Assembly (NCBI GenBank): GCA_002352465.1
Contig: DEIN01000008.1
Span: forward strand, 64,564 to 128,563
Direction: 5' to 3'
Length of the DNA: 64,000 nt
Origin: Patescibacteria group bacterium UBA2773
GTDB taxonomy: Bacteria; Patescibacteriota; Minisyncoccia; Moranbacterales; DUUL01
Positions 1-13,798 of the stretch are shown piece by piece. Numbering within the stretch: position 1 is the stretch's first letter; the number at the start of each line of letters is the position of its first letter. The translations under genes were made by a program, and so were the position numbers. The notes beneath the pieces are model-generated. The model saw only the letters and a program-made list of their open reading frames with translations. It ran no database searches and was not told the DNA's origin.

Positions 1-5
1 GTGGC

Positions 6-668
6 TTGATTAAACAAAATCTCAAGAAAAATATTTGGCTTTTATTGGCATTTCTAGTTCCATTTTTATCAGCCGTTTTCATTTGGAATCGTTCCGCTGG
101 TGCTCAATATATTTATTTAGTTCAAACTTTTCAAACTATTATAGTAGCTGCTGGAATTTATTTTATAGCACAAAAAATAACCGAGATTTTTTCTCAAAAA
201 AAATGGTATCAATTTTTCAAAAATAATAATCTTCAAAAAACATTACTGATGGGAGGCTCTATTTTGTATTTATTTTTAATTCTTTATAATTTTAATTATT
301 TTTCTGGACCCAACGGTTTCTATCAAGACAAAACCAAATGGGACCATGCTAATTACAAAGAAGTTTTTACTTATTATTTAAAACATCGAGAAAAAAATGC
401 CTTGTTAATAACGAGAAACTTTAGAAATTATTATTATGCCGATAAAAATATTCCAGTTTTTGATTTTGGTGGTGAACATCAACCAGAGAAAAAATTGGAT
501 TTAAAAAAACTTAAATCGTTAGAATCACAGAACAATTCAATCTGGATTGTTATTAGTGATAATGATTTTGATTATACTAATGGTGAAGTTCGTCATTACA
601 TCAGAGAAACTTATCAGCCGATAGAGACTAAGTATACTAGTAGTTCGATGGAGATTTGGAGGAAATAG
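6..668 (+). CDS. C-terminal part of a membrane protein, possibly a GT-C-type glycosyltransferase; probably 5'-truncated by the window
   Basis: Hydrophobic helices followed by a soluble tail; ORF runs from the window edge. Confidence 0.45.
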   Translation: MIKQNLKKNIWLLLAFLVPFLSAVFIWNRSAGAQYIYLVQTFQTIIVAAGIYFIAQKITEIFSQKKWYQFFKNNNLQKTLLMGGSILYLFLILYNFNYFSGPNGFYQDKTKWDHANYKEVFTYYLKHREKNALLITRNFRNYYYADKNIPVFDFGGEHQPEKKLDLKKLKSLESQNNSIWIVISDNDFDYTNGEVRHYIRETYQPIETKYTSSSMEIWRK

Positions 669-693
669 TATTTAGTATGAAGTATAAAGTATG

Positions 694-720
694 AAAAACT
701 CGCCTTCCAGCGAGTTTTTT
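694..720. terminator. Intrinsic terminator, probably bidirectional
   Basis: AAAAACTCGC-cttcca-GCGAGTTTTT between convergent genes. Confidence 0.75.
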
Positions 721-807
721 AATTTTAATTTTAAATTTAGATTTCATTTGGAATAATTTGAAACAATTTGGATTTTGAAATAATTTTTTAAAATAGCATC
801 TGCTATT

Positions 808-1884
808 TTAAAGATATTTTTTCCCTCGGACTTCTAGCTCTTTGATAACTTTTTTGATATCTTGAACTTTAGCTTTAGAACAAACCAACAAAGCATCTTC
901 AGTATCAACTATTACAACGTCGTCCAAGCCAACAGTTGCAATCACTTTGCCTTCTTTCCCGTAAATAATAGAATTAGAGGTTGCGATGTTCAATCGCTCT
1001 CCTTGAACTAAATTTCTTTTTTCATCAGTTTTGGTCATTAAATTTTCATGTAAAGTGTCCCAGCCTCCAATATCTTTCCAATCAAAATCACCTTTTATAA
1101 TCAAAACGTTCTCTGGCGACATTTTTTCCATAATAGCGTAGTCAATTGAAATTTTTTCCATTTTGCCATAGATTTTATCAATCTCCACTTTGTCATTTTT
1201 TCTGATGGCCTCTTTAATTTTCATTAAATAAGCGTGCAGTTGGGGTGCATATTTCTTATAAGCTTCTAGAAATAATTTAGGTGTCCACATATAATAATTA
1301 GCGTGCCAAAGATAATGACCAGTCTCTAGGTATTTTTGAGCTGTTTTAAAATCTGGTTTTTCGGTATGACCTTCAAATTGATAAAATTCAACATCATCTT
1401 TTTCTAAGACTTTTTTGCCAACTTTGGTGTAGCCAAGAGCCGTATTAGGACTAGTTGGGTAGATAGAAATATCTAATAATTTTCCAGTTTCATTGATGAC
1501 TTCTTCGGCTTTCTTGATTGCTTTGACGAATTTATCAAGTTGTCCAATATAGTGATCAGAAGGGATAAAAGCGATTGGCTCATTTTCATCTTCCAAGGAA
1601 AGTTTTACTGCCGAATAGCCCATCGCTGGAGCAGTATCTCTTTTGTCTGGTTCAATTATGATATTTTTTTCTGGAAAATCTGGTAGAATTTCTTTCAACG
1701 GTTCAACTAGACTTTCAGTTGTTGCAATATAAATTTTATCAGCAGGCCAATCTTTAAATCTAGCAAGAGTTTCTTCTAGAATAGTTTTATCAGAAGTAAG
1801 TTTGCAAAATTGTTTGGGTTTATTCTTTCTGCTCATTGGCCATAATCTTGTTCCTCCTCCTCCGGCTAAAACTACTATTTTCAT
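808..1884 (-). CDS. manC: Mannose-1-phosphate guanylyltransferase
   Basis: LAGGGGTRLWPMSR, PKQF, EP..RDTAPA, PSDH, ISIDYAIMEK, W.DIGGW motifs. Confidence 0.92.
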   Translation of the reverse strand: MKIVVLAGGGGTRLWPMSRKNKPKQFCKLTSDKTILEETLARFKDWPADKIYIATTESLVEPLKEILPDFPEKNIIIEPDKRDTAPAMGYSAVKLSLEDENEPIAFIPSDHYIGQLDKFVKAIKKAEEVINETGKLLDISIYPTSPNTALGYTKVGKKVLEKDDVEFYQFEGHTEKPDFKTAQKYLETGHYLWHANYYMWTPKLFLEAYKKYAPQLHAYLMKIKEAIRKNDKVEIDKIYGKMEKISIDYAIMEKMSPENVLIIKGDFDWKDIGGWDTLHENLMTKTDEKRNLVQGERLNIATSNSIIYGKEGKVIATVGLDDVVIVDTEDALLVCSKAKVQDIKKVIKELEVRGKKYL

Positions 1885-1923
1885 GATGTTAATTCTTAAA
1901 GTTAAAAATCTTAAAATGTGAAT

Positions 1924-2059
1924 AATTATTTTTTTGAGTAAAGTTCGAGGTAAAATTGATAATTTTAGTGAGATGTACTGATATTGATACGACGAACTGG
2001 AATTATTAATTTCAATCTATCTACCAGCAAACAGGCAAAGAAATTTATTAAAAATATAA
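1924..2059. repeat. Family A long hairpin element with nested CTATCTACCAGCAAACAGG insert
   Basis: GTTCGAGG...GAGATGTA..TACG...CAAAGAAAT arms shared with copies at 27465, 32911, 34191, 48281; abuts the rnhA stop. Confidence 0.7.
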
Positions 2060-2488
2060 TCATTCTCTTTCGTCCATGGCTTTATTGGCCATTGCATCAG
2101 CTTCCTTGTTTTTTTCTCTGGGAATATGAAAAAACTCAACATTTTTAAAATTAAGCATTAAATTCCAAATTTCAAGAAACATTTGTTGGATATTTTCGTT
2201 GCTGAGTTTGTATTGATGGTTTAACTGTTTGACCATTAACTCAGAATCAGCATAACATTTCAAATTTGCATTTTTTGCCTTTGCTTTTCCAATTAATTGT
2301 TTGATTTTTTTAAGCGCCAAAATTAAAGCTCGATATTCAGCTTCGTTATTGGTAATCTTATCACCTAAAAATTGGCTATATTTTTTAGTTTCATTTTTAA
2401 ATTTTACTACTGCTCCTGCACCTGCTATGCCTGGGTTGCCTCTTGATCCACCATCGGTGAAAACGTTTATGATATAATCTTCTATCAT
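2060..2488 (-). CDS. rnhA: Ribonuclease HI family
   Basis: FTDGGSRGNPG, TNNEAEY, DSELMVKQL, HIPREKNKEAD. Confidence 0.92.
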   Translation of the reverse strand: MIEDYIINVFTDGGSRGNPGIAGAGAVVKFKNETKKYSQFLGDKITNNEAEYRALILALKKIKQLIGKAKAKNANLKCYADSELMVKQLNHQYKLSNENIQQMFLEIWNLMLNFKNVEFFHIPREKNKEADAMANKAMDERE

Positions 2489-2901
2489 TGTTCTTTGATT
2501 ATTGTTTTAAATCCACAAATAGTTTCTGGAATTCTATTCTTTTTATTGATATCTTTTTCGAAAATAATTTCAATTTCAGGAATTTTTTGATTATTGTTGA
2601 GAATTAGTCTAGCTTTAATAAAACCAGTTAACTTTTCAATTGATTTTAAATGGTCTTTTAGTGCATTATTCGCTTTTTCTTGAATTATTTTATTGTTGTC
2701 GCTTTTAGTGTACCGGTTGGAATAGAAACATTTTTGTTTAATTTTGCCTTTTTCCAAAGCGACTGCAAAATCATTATCAACTGCCCAAATAACAGTTAAT
2801 AATAAAATTAAAAACAAGAAAAGTGCTCTGGCTCTAGTATTTACATTTTTTTTAGCAGTTTTTTTTAATTTAAATTCCTTTTCAGGCTCGAAAAATTGCA
2901 T
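2485..2901 (-). CDS. Hypothetical membrane-anchored protein
   Basis: One TM segment; overlaps rnhA by 4 nt, in operon with parB. Confidence 0.6.
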   Translation of the reverse strand: MQFFEPEKEFKLKKTAKKNVNTRARALFLFLILLLTVIWAVDNDFAVALEKGKIKQKCFYSNRYTKSDNNKIIQEKANNALKDHLKSIEKLTGFIKARLILNNNQKIPEIEIIFEKDINKKNRIPETICGFKTIIKEQ

Positions 2902-2909
2902 TATTTTTT

Positions 2910-3863
2910 CTATGAAATTAATTTATTAAATAAATTACCAAACTCTTCTTCTGAATAATAATTTAAAATAAATTTTCCACCTTTCTGCCCTTTTTTTATG
3001 CTGACTTTTGTCCCAAGTGCTTGACTGATTTTATCTTCAAATTCCAATATTTCCGGAGTTTGATTTAAACTATTTTTTTCAACTGAATTTGGATTATTAA
3101 TTTTCTTTACTCTTTTTTCTGTTTCTCGAACGCTAAGTTTGGAATTAATAATCTGATTAACCATCGTTTCCCTTTGATTTCGGTCTTCAAGGCTCAACAA
3201 AACTCGTCCGTGACCTTCACTAATTTCACCCGTTCTGATTTTTCGTTTTATATTAGAAGATAAATCCAAAAGTCTTAAAGTGTTAGCGATGGTTGATCTG
3301 TTTTTCCCTACTTGTTGAGCAATTTCTACTTGAGTATAATTAAAATTATCAGCCAATCTTTGGTAAGCTTTGGCTTCTTCAATAGCATTTAAATCATGTC
3401 TTTGGATATTTTCAATCAAAGCCCATTCTAATTTTTCTTTGTCACTGATTTTTTTAACGATTGCTGGAACTGTGCTCAAACCATTTTTTTGAGAAGCTTT
3501 GAAGCGTCTTTCTCCTGCCACTAAATCAAAACCACCAACAGAATTTTTTGTCACCACTAATGGTTGAATAATTCCATGTTTACGAATAGAAGTAGCTAAT
3601 TCTTCTAATTTATTTTCATCAAAATATTGTCGAGGTTGGAAAGGATTGGCTTTTATTTGACCAACTTCAATTTCTAAAATTGAATTTTTCGAAGATTCAT
3701 CTTTTCCATCTCTAATTAAATCTTTGCTTACTATTTCACTGTCCAAATCGCTAGATGCAAAGTTGGTTTTTTTGGTTTTTTTATTAAGAGCTGGATTATT
3801 ATTTGATTTTCTTTGAGGAATTAATGAAGATAGCCCTTTCCCCAAACCTCCTTCTCTAGACAT
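2910..3863 (-). CDS. parB: ParB/Spo0J partition protein
   Basis: GLGKGLSSLI, NPFQPR, GIIQPL, AGERR, ENIQRHDLN, HTH. Confidence 0.95.
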   Translation of the reverse strand: MSREGGLGKGLSSLIPQRKSNNNPALNKKTKKTNFASSDLDSEIVSKDLIRDGKDESSKNSILEIEVGQIKANPFQPRQYFDENKLEELATSIRKHGIIQPLVVTKNSVGGFDLVAGERRFKASQKNGLSTVPAIVKKISDKEKLEWALIENIQRHDLNAIEEAKAYQRLADNFNYTQVEIAQQVGKNRSTIANTLRLLDLSSNIKRKIRTGEISEGHGRVLLSLEDRNQRETMVNQIINSKLSVRETEKRVKKINNPNSVEKNSLNQTPEILEFEDKISQALGTKVSIKKGQKGGKFILNYYSEEEFGNLFNKLIS

Positions 3864-3961
3864 TTTTATTTTTATTACTTATTACGGAACCGTTTTTATA
3901 AGTTTTTCCGCCATAGGCGGGTTCGCCTATGGCGAAAATTTTATAAACTTTGAAAATGAAT

Positions 3962-4720
3962 TTATCTAGCGATGACTTCATCAGCCAATTGACGATAAGC
4001 CTGAGCACCTTTATTAAATCGGTCAAAATGCAAAATCGACTTTCCAAAGCTTGGGGCCTCTGCCAATCGAACTGTTCGAGGAATTACTGAATCAAAAACA
4101 TTTTCTGGAAAATACTTTTTAACTTCCTTGACGACTTGTCGGGCTAGCCGGTTTCTTTTGTCATACATAGTCAAAACTATCCCAGTGATGACTAATTCGG
4201 GCTTTAGATTTTCTCGGACTAAATCAATGGTGTTGAGTAATTGCCCTAGTCCCTCCAATGCAAAATATTCAGTTTGGACCGGAATTATTACCTCATTAGA
4301 AGCAACCAGTCCATTGATTGTCAAAAGACCCAAACTTGGTGGTGAATCGATGATTATAAAATCATAATCTTTCTCGACTTGTTTTAAAACTTGTTTTAAT
4401 TGGAATTCTCGTTTTTCCACGCCCACTAATTCGACGGCTGCTCCGGAAAGTTCTTGGTTGGAAGGAAGTAAAGCTAATCCCTTAGAATCGACTGTTAAAA
4501 TAATTTCTTTAGGATGGATCTTCGAAACAAGACTGTCATAAAGACTTTTTTTAAGATTTTGAGTATCAGTTCCTAATCCGCTGGAAGCATTACCTTGTGG
4601 ATCCAAGTCAACTAATAATACACTTTTTCCTGCTGAAACCAGATAGGTCGCTAAATTTACAGCAGTAGTAGTTTTACCAACACCACCTTTTTGATTGACC
4701 AATGATATTATTCTTGCCAT
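3962..4720 (-). CDS. parA: ParA/Soj ATPase (start taken at MARII, 4720)
   Basis: NQKGGVGKTTT, DLDPQGN, DSPPSLG, RLAEAPSFG. Confidence 0.95.
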   Translation of the reverse strand: MARIISLVNQKGGVGKTTTAVNLATYLVSAGKSVLLVDLDPQGNASSGLGTDTQNLKKSLYDSLVSKIHPKEIILTVDSKGLALLPSNQELSGAAVELVGVEKREFQLKQVLKQVEKDYDFIIIDSPPSLGLLTINGLVASNEVIIPVQTEYFALEGLGQLLNTIDLVRENLKPELVITGIVLTMYDKRNRLARQVVKEVKKYFPENVFDSVIPRTVRLAEAPSFGKSILHFDRFNKGAQAYRQLADEVIAR

Positions 4721-4746
4721 AAAAAAATAGTTAGAAATAGTTCTAA

Positions 4747-4942
4747 AGAGACTGTTTACAGTCATAATTTTGCCTACCTCGTCAAAGCTTTAGTATCGGC
4801 GGGTTGCGAAATTTGTTAATTTTGAGGTAAATTATTTTAAAATTTTTGAGGCATTAGCCGAAGCTAAGTTGAAAGAATTTTTAAAGAATTTAACCAAAAT
4901 TGGAAAATTGCAATAAAAAGAATGATTGAAAATAATTCTTTA
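4747..4942. repeat. Degenerate composite hairpin/MITE-like element
   Basis: Imperfect terminal inverted repeat AAAGAGACTGTTTACAGTCAT / ATGATTGAAAATAATTCTTT enclosing family A-like arms and a CCTACC..AAAGCT..GGCGGG repeat. Confidence 0.45.
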
Positions 4943-4968
4943 CTTTAGTATATCAGAATTTTGATTTA

Positions 4969-8858
<3,890 letters not shown>

Positions 8859-8972
8859 TTTATTTTTGTTAGTTATTTGTTAGAATTATAACAAAGTAAG
8901 TATGGATAAACAAGCTTTTATCTCAAGGCGTGTTTAATCTACTAGAATAAACGCTATAGCTAATAAAAATAT

Positions 8973-10433
8973 TTGAAAAATAAAAAAAATAAATTTAAAA
9001 TAATTTGGCCTCATTTTTTATTGAGATTGTTTTTATTGATTATTTTATTTGCTCTAATCTGGGGAGGATGTTTATTTATAAAAATCTATTCTTTTGAGAA
9101 AATTACAATCTTGAGTAATAATCAAGAACAATCTTCTACAATAATTTCTGCTACTAAAAATTTGATTAGTAATAAATCTAAAAAATTAAAAGGTGAAGAG
9201 AGAAAAAGAATTAACATCCTCTTATTGGGAATGGGAGGCGAAGGCCATAAGGGAGCCGATCTTACTGACACTATAATTTTAGCCTCCGTCGACCCTACAA
9301 ATTATGATACATCTTTAATTTCTATTCCAAGAGATTTATATGTTGAAATTTCTGATACTCAGATTTACACAAAGATCAACGCTGTTTACGCTTATGGTAA
9401 AAAAAATCCTAAAAAGAACGAAAATCCTATCGATTCAATTAAGGAAACTGTTGAAAAAATCACCGGTCAACCAATTGATTATTATTTAACTATTAATTTC
9501 GAAGGATTTAAGCAGGTTATTGATGAACTTAACGGAATTATTATTCAAGTCGAGAAAGATATAATCGACACTCATTATCCTGGACAGGGCACTTCTTATG
9601 AAACTTTCAGAATCAACCAAGGAACCCACTTGGTGAATGGTGACGTGGCTTTGAAGTATGCTCGAGTTAGACACGTAGCTGGCGGTGATTTTGCTCGACT
9701 CAAAAGACAACAAGAGATTATTTCATCTGCCAAAAGAAGGGCTTTATCAATTGAAAATTTTGTTAATCCAATTAAATTTACTAGTTTATTAAATATTGCT
9801 GGAGAAAATATTGAAACAAACATTCAGTTAGATGAAATTCCATCTTTCATCAAGCTTTTCAACAATATTAATACTTATGAAATGAATACCAAAGTTTTAG
9901 ATGCTTGGAGTTCAGATTCTTTATTGGCAGTTTCTCATGTTCTTTTGGGTAACGTAAATGCCTTTATTTTAGTTCCTCGAACTGGTAATTATAAAGAAAT
10001 TCAAAAATTGGTTGATAATATTTTTGATTTAGAGAAACAAGAAAAAGAAAAAGTGGAAATTAAGAAAGAAGCAGCTAATATAGTCATAATGTCAGAAAAT
10101 TATCAAAATAAAAATCAAATCAAAAATTTGTTTAAAAAAATGGGCTATGAAGTTACACTTGAAGAAAATCTTGAAATTACTAAAAAATGTCAAAATGAAA
10201 TTAAAATTCTAACTTCAATGAATGATAAATATTACACGTTGAATGATTTAACAAATAAATTTAATGCTAGAATCGAAGATCTTTATAATTTTATTTATCC
10301 AGGAGATATTATTCTTTGTTTTCCTAGTAAAGAATTAGAAAAACTAGAAAAACAAATCGATCAAATTAATGTTGATGAATTTGAAGGTGGACTAATCTTG
10401 GATGATGATGGTAATATACTTTACAACAATTAA
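8973..10433 (+). CDS. LCP (LytR-CpsA-Psr) family protein
   Basis: INILLLG, TDTII, SIPRDLYV, KINAVY, YARVRH..GDFAR..RQQ. Confidence 0.9.
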   Translation: MKNKKNKFKIIWPHFLLRLFLLIILFALIWGGCLFIKIYSFEKITILSNNQEQSSTIISATKNLISNKSKKLKGEERKRINILLLGMGGEGHKGADLTDTIILASVDPTNYDTSLISIPRDLYVEISDTQIYTKINAVYAYGKKNPKKNENPIDSIKETVEKITGQPIDYYLTINFEGFKQVIDELNGIIIQVEKDIIDTHYPGQGTSYETFRINQGTHLVNGDVALKYARVRHVAGGDFARLKRQQEIISSAKRRALSIENFVNPIKFTSLLNIAGENIETNIQLDEIPSFIKLFNNINTYEMNTKVLDAWSSDSLLAVSHVLLGNVNAFILVPRTGNYKEIQKLVDNIFDLEKQEKEKVEIKKEAANIVIMSENYQNKNQIKNLFKKMGYEVTLEENLEITKKCQNEIKILTSMNDKYYTLNDLTNKFNARIEDLYNFIYPGDIILCFPSKELEKLEKQIDQINVDEFEGGLILDDDGNILYNN

Positions 10434-10603
10434 GGCTTGCTTGTTCGACTCATTTCTTTACTTGTCTCGCTGTAGCACTACCTACCAGTAGGCAGGTTCA
10501 GTGAAAGCGGGTCAAATCCTCTATTGCTTTTCAATGTACCAACTAAGTAAATTTCATGCGCTATTCAGATTTTTCTCGAACTGTGTTCAAACATGCAAGC
10601 CTA
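10432..10603. repeat. Family A hairpin element (reverse orientation) with doubly nested insert
   Basis: Termini AGGCTTGC/GCAAGCCT; reverse complement reads CAGTTCGAGAAAAATCT...AGAGGATTTGAC[insert]AAAGAAATG; begins at the LCP stop. Confidence 0.65.
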
Positions 10604-10652
10604 GGTGTGAAAAAAATGAAAAAATTTAATAACAATTAATTTTAATAATTTT

Positions 10653-11168
10653 ATGAAAATTATATTCGGTCTAGGTAATCCTGGCAAAAAATATCAAAAA
10701 ACTCGTCATAATATTGGTTTTATGATTTTAGATTTATTGGCAAAAGAATATTCAGTTCTTTTTAAATCGGATTCTAAAACCAATTCAGAAATAGCCGAGA
10801 TTGTTTATGCTGGAGAAAAAATTCTGCTTTGCAAACCGCAAACTTTTATGAATAATTCTGGACAAGTAGTTAGCAGTTTGACAAATTATTACAAACTTGA
10901 GTCTCAGGATATTTTGATTATTCAAGATGAAATTGATTTACCTTTCGGCCAAATCAAGTTTTCTGAAAATTCTGGTTCGGCTGGACACAAAGGAATTCAA
11001 TCAATTATTGATCATTTAAAAACAAAAGATTTTAAAAGATTACGCTTTGGCATAGAAAAAGAAGAAAATAAATTGGCTACAGAAATATTTGTTTTGAAAA
11101 ATTTTTCTAAAGAAGAATTTAAAATTATCGAAAAAATAAATTTAGAAAAGTTCCTAGTTACACTTTAA
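10653..11168 (+). CDS. pth: Peptidyl-tRNA hydrolase
   Basis: GLGNPG, TRHNIGF, KPQTFMNNSG, GSAGHKG. Confidence 0.95.
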   Translation: MKIIFGLGNPGKKYQKTRHNIGFMILDLLAKEYSVLFKSDSKTNSEIAEIVYAGEKILLCKPQTFMNNSGQVVSSLTNYYKLESQDILIIQDEIDLPFGQIKFSENSGSAGHKGIQSIIDHLKTKDFKRLRFGIEKEENKLATEIFVLKNFSKEEFKIIEKINLEKFLVTL

Positions 11169-11224
11169 TCTTAATTTTTGTTCCATCAGTCAAATCAATT
11201 CATTTGTTCAGTTGACTAAACTTA

Positions 11225-11331
11225 ACAAAAAACAACTTGGAGTCGTTCATAAAATTTAGGTAAAGCTAGGAGGGAAATTGCTTTACACTGAACCTATGAA
11301 CGACACCGAGTTGTTCTTCTAAAATAAATAG
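11225..11331 (-). ncRNA. Candidate ~105-nt hairpin sRNA
   Basis: Long stem (11231-11251 with 11295-11315), minus-strand TTGACT-16-TAGAAT promoter at 11365-11338, 3' U-run. Confidence 0.4.
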
Positions 11332-11366
11332 TTTATCATTCTACCAGAATATTTATAAAAGTCAAT

Positions 11367-11394
11367 AAAAACAAACCTCAAAAGGTTTGTTTTT
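11367..11394. terminator. Intrinsic terminator
   Basis: AAAAACAAACC-tcaaaa-GGTTTGTTTTT. Confidence 0.7.
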
Positions 11395-11452
11395 ATGAAA
11401 AATATTCTTATTGTTTTGTTATTGAACTATTAACGCTAGATTAAAAAAGTGT

Positions 11453-12634
11453 CTATAGCCAATTATTCCAAATTGCAATCGATAGTAAAATTAGGAGAAT
11501 TCCGGCCACTAAGCGCATATATTTTTTTGACTTCTCTCTCCATTCTTCAACTTTTTCAACTTTTTTCCAAACGAAAATAGTTCCAAATACAATTATCAAA
11601 AGAGGCAAAACAAAAAATATATTATACAAAATTAGATAGCCAAAGGCAAAAACTTCCTTAGTGCTTAAAATCGAAACATAAGCCAAGGGAATTCCAGAAG
11701 TGCAAGGTAGTTCAACCAAACTAGAAAGTAAGGCTAGAATTATTGCGCTTAGCACAGTTCCCTTTTTAGTTAATTTTTCCAACAGAGGTTTTGTTTTTTT
11801 AGAAATTTCAAAAGAAAACCATCTTCCATAGAAAAAATAATCTTTAATCATTACTAGCCCTACAAATAAAGCGAATATGGAGATTATAATCCGAACTTCT
11901 CTAGCAATTTGTAAAACAGAAATAATTTTAATTAGACCAAACATAAAAAATAAATAAAACAAAAAAGTGGTAATAACAAAGGCAATTCCAGCTTTTAATG
12001 CTTTTCGACTGGAACCGATTCCCATTAGGTAGACCAACAAAAACATTAAAACTGAGAACATACAAGGATTAACTCCATCCGCCAACCCTAAAACTCCGCC
12101 CAAAAAACAAAGCGATCCATTTTCTTCCAAGCAAATTTCCTTGCCAAAAACCTGAATTGTTTTATGAGAGCTATGATCATCTTTTTCGGTTTGTTTAGAT
12201 TGAAATTTTTCGTTTGAAAATCCACCTACTATCGGTTCTAAACCAAGTTCTTCATCCAAAAATGAAGAACAAGTTTGAGTGGAACATTCTTCAATTCGCT
12301 TTTTAATTTTTCTTCCAATTCCTACCTCATTATTATATCCGACAATTACTTCTCCTCCAATCACAGTGGCTGGAACACCACCAGATAATCCAAATTTATC
12401 AACAACTTTTTCGAAAATAAGATAATTTTCTCTTTTATCTATTAGTAAATCCTTAATCTCTAAACTAGGATAATCGCTTCTAATTTCATTTAAAAACTTA
12501 ATCTCAGCTGCGCAATGAGGACAACCTGACATATGAAAAATATACAATCGAACCTTGTTTAATTCTAATGCTTTAACTTGGGCAGTAAAAAAAATACTAC
12601 TAAAAATTAATATCAAAAAAAATATTTTTTTCAT
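11453..12634 (-). CDS. Thioredoxin/glutaredoxin domain fused to a CcdA/DsbD-like membrane domain
   Basis: CPHC active site; DGVNPC and ELPCT TM cysteines. Confidence 0.85.
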   Translation of the reverse strand: MKKIFFLILIFSSIFFTAQVKALELNKVRLYIFHMSGCPHCAAEIKFLNEIRSDYPSLEIKDLLIDKRENYLIFEKVVDKFGLSGGVPATVIGGEVIVGYNNEVGIGRKIKKRIEECSTQTCSSFLDEELGLEPIVGGFSNEKFQSKQTEKDDHSSHKTIQVFGKEICLEENGSLCFLGGVLGLADGVNPCMFSVLMFLLVYLMGIGSSRKALKAGIAFVITTFLFYLFFMFGLIKIISVLQIAREVRIIISIFALFVGLVMIKDYFFYGRWFSFEISKKTKPLLEKLTKKGTVLSAIILALLSSLVELPCTSGIPLAYVSILSTKEVFAFGYLILYNIFFVLPLLIIVFGTIFVWKKVEKVEEWREKSKKYMRLVAGILLILLSIAIWNNWL

Positions 12635-12688
12635 TTTTTAAAACTAATTATTTAAATAAAAAGTATTATCGATAATTTCTAAATTTAA

Positions 12689-13798
12689 TCAATAATAATC
12701 TTCCAAAATCATTTTTCTTTTTTTGCTCCAAATATTTTGACACAATCCAAAGCTTATCATGGTTGCAATCAAAAAACTACCTCCGTAACTTAAAAATGGC
12801 AATGAAATTCCAGTAACAGGAACAATCCCAATATTCATTCCTATGTTTATCGCTGTCTGATAAAAAAACATTATTAAAATTCCGCCAACAATCAATTGTC
12901 CAAATCTATCTCGAGCTTTTTTAATAATACAAAAAAGTCGATAAAATAAGAACCAATAAAAACCAATAACCGAAGAAGATCCGATCATTCCAAATTCTTC
13001 ATTAATAGAGGCAAAAATAAAATCGGTATGTCGTTCTGGTAAAAAATTCAACTGACTCTGAGAGCCATTGCCAATTCCTTTACCTGTTATTCCACCTGAG
13101 CCAATTGCAATCATTGATTGAATAACATTATAACCGCTTCCCAGTGGATCTCTATCGGGATTTAAAAAGGTTTGAATTCGTTCTTTTTGATAATCCTTTA
13201 GTACAACATTCCAACTCAAAAAAAATCCAACTATTATCATTAAGAATAATAGAAAAAGATATCGCTTGTCAACACCCGCCAGAAAAGACATTCCTAACCA
13301 AATCACAATTAAAACTGAAGCTGAGCCTAAATCAGGTTGTTTTAACGTCAAAAAAATTGGTAAAAACATTATTAAAAAAGAACCAAAAAATTCTTTAAAT
13401 CCAATTTTTAGATGACCAATTTTCATAAAATAACTAGCCAAAAAAATTATAGAAAAAATTTTCACGAGTTCAACTGGTTGTAGGTTAAAAAAACCTAGTC
13501 TAAACCAGCCTGAAGTTCCACGAATATTACTACCTAAGAAAAGAACTGCTACTAACAAAATAAGACTTAAAAAATACAAGAAATTACTATATTTTTTCCA
13601 GGTTCGATAATCATAAAAACTAAAAAATAGAAAAAATAATGAACCTATCCCCAAGAAAATAATTTGTTTATAAAAAATATTTACTTCTCCTCTTTCAGTT
13701 CCAATAGAACAGGAGTAGACAGTAATTAAACCTGAAATCAAAAGAAAACAAACAGCCCAGATACTTTTCCATTCTAATTTTAGAAATTTCTTTATCAT
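12689..13798 (-). CDS. rodA: SEDS peptidoglycan polymerase RodA
   Basis: QPVELVK, QPDLGSA, GYNVIQS..AIGSGG, PERHTDFIF, LPFLSYGGS. Confidence 0.92.
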   Translation of the reverse strand: MIKKFLKLEWKSIWAVCFLLISGLITVYSCSIGTERGEVNIFYKQIIFLGIGSLFFLFFSFYDYRTWKKYSNFLYFLSLILLVAVLFLGSNIRGTSGWFRLGFFNLQPVELVKIFSIIFLASYFMKIGHLKIGFKEFFGSFLIMFLPIFLTLKQPDLGSASVLIVIWLGMSFLAGVDKRYLFLLFLMIIVGFFLSWNVVLKDYQKERIQTFLNPDRDPLGSGYNVIQSMIAIGSGGITGKGIGNGSQSQLNFLPERHTDFIFASINEEFGMIGSSSVIGFYWFLFYRLFCIIKKARDRFGQLIVGGILIMFFYQTAINIGMNIGIVPVTGISLPFLSYGGSFLIATMISFGLCQNIWSKKRKMILEDYY

